Notes under the pieces: model-generated
Database searches by the model: none
What the model was told of the DNA's origin: nothing
What the model saw: the letters and a program-made list of their open reading frames with translations, nothing else
Source: Eledone cirrhosa
Taxonomy: Eukaryota
Length of the DNA stretch: 64,000 bases
Direction: 5' to 3'
Assembly: GCA_964016885.1 (NCBI GenBank)
Contig: OZ024760.1
Coordinates: forward strand, 11,966,001-12,030,000
Position numbers and translations under genes: made by a program
In this document: one piece after another, positions 62,297 through 64,000 of the stretch
Position numbering within the stretch: the first letter of the stretch is position 1
Layout: each line of letters begins with the position of its first letter

Positions 62297-64000
62297 AAAT
62301 TGTCACATCTTATATAAAGGTAACCATAATAAATTCATGAAAGGTGGGGGCCGGGGTTGGAATTGGCAGAATCGGTAGAGCGTCGGATAAGTTCTCAGCT
62401 GTATTTAATTTTGGTTGTTCAGTTTCTGAGTTCAAATCCCGCTGGTGTCAGCTTTGCCTTCCATCCTTATGGAGGGGTTCGATAAAATAAAGTACCAGTC
62501 ATGTACTGGGGGGTGATATAATTAACTTTTCCCTCTAACCCCTCAATTGCTGGTCTTGTAATCCATGTTAGAAAAAAATTACAAAATTAAAGTACCATTG
62601 AAGCACTGGGGTGTTCTATAATCGACCCCCATCCTCCCCTATCCTCTCTCGCCTTGTGCTTAACCCTTTACCATTCACAGTACTCTATATATATACTATT
62701 ATATTTTCATGGTAAAAGCTTTACCACAATATCGAATCTATGAGATTTTGAAAGTATTTATTTTGAGAACAATACCATAACATCAGTATGAGTGGTTTGT
62801 TACAGCCAGTTTCAACAGAAAGAGGTAGAGAATGCTGGCCGGTTTGAACATTAAAGGGTTAAATTAGAAATCATAACTTCCTGAGGGGCGCGATGGATTC
62901 ACAGACGAGATCGTTAAAGCGTGAGACAAGATCTTAGTGCCATTCGTTCTGGATTTTAACTTTCCGAGTTGAAATCCCGCCGAGGTCAACTTTGTCTTTC
63001 GTTCTTCTCCACGGTCAATAAAATAAAGTACCAAAATTGCTGGTCCTGTGCCTATGTTAGAAACCATTAACCCTTTACCATTTACATTACTCGATATATA
63101 CTATTGTATTTCCATGGTAAACACTTTACCTCACATAATATCAAATCTATGAGATTTTTATTTTGTTTATTTTGAAAACAATACCTTAACATCAGTATGA
63201 GTGCCCGGTTAAGCCGGTTTAAATGCTAAAGGGTTAAAACTTCATGACAACTTCAACAAAGAGAACATTAATAGTTAAGGTTTCTACAAGCTATTGTACT
63301 CTTCCTTTCATTTTCTTTTTTATATCTCCATAAAACAAGGGCATTTTTTTTTTTCTGTATATATTTAAACTGGTACCTGTCATGATGGGGGCAACAGTTT
63401 TTTAATGTAAATACTATAAATAAATAAAGATCAACAAATAAAAAATTCAATTCACAAAGCCTGCATCTTGTTCAAATGATTTGTGATTGTGTATGTGTCC
63501 AAACACTGTATATATAATATTAAAAAAAAGTAACGATTTGAGAAATGGGAAATAAAAGAAATATATATTTTCCTATATCATCGTCATCATTGTTTAACGT
63601 CCATTTCTCCATGCTAGCATGGGTTAGACGTGTTGTCCAGTTGTGAGACAAGTCAAATCAGGTGACAGTGTCTTGTTTAGCTCACACAGAACTGATCCTG
63701 GCTTGGTTTCTAAAGCTGGATGTCCTTCATAACACTAACCGCATTTACAGTGAGTACTGGGTGTTTTTTGTCGTGACACCTACACAACCACTTTAAAGTG
63801 TGGACTGGGCACTTTTTGTCGTGACACCTACATGACCACTTTACAGTGTGGACTGGGCACTTTTTGTCACATCTCACAATTAATAATTTTAGTATACCCT
63901 CCAAATTCTTCATTAATTAATTAGAATGCAGAACACGCTTTAAAGTGGTTGCTTTTCGGAAGGGCATCTAGCCAGAAACTACACCAAAATAGAATGTATG

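Overview
AT-rich, repeat-dense eukaryotic genomic DNA. The (TA)n density and the SINE/RTE repertoire suggest an octopod/coleoid cephalopod, which is an inference. Three intron-containing genes can be spliced by hand with consistent GT-AG phases: POLE4 (minus, 4 coding exons, 27335->8200, 116 aa), METAP2 (minus, 12 exons, 41123->30873, 494 aa) and telomere protein POT1 (plus, 13 coding exons, 46569->62296, ~1004 aa). METAP2 and POT1 are head-to-head. A fourth minus-strand gene probably starts at ~2214 and runs off the left edge. The most unusual feature is POT1: a 1600-nt exon inserts ~445 aa of in-frame Ala/Thr/Ser/Arg repeat between OB2 and OB3, and the vertebrate-type HJRL insertion in OB3 seems to be absent. 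Introns contain tRNA-derived SINEs, RTE LINE 3' fragments, TTAA/TA/hAT MITEs and many minisatellites that grew out of internal pieces of those elements. They also contain (TA)n-embedded Penelope-like remnants with minimal hammerhead ribozyme cores and perfect palindromes. No CRISPR, rRNA or intact tRNA was found.
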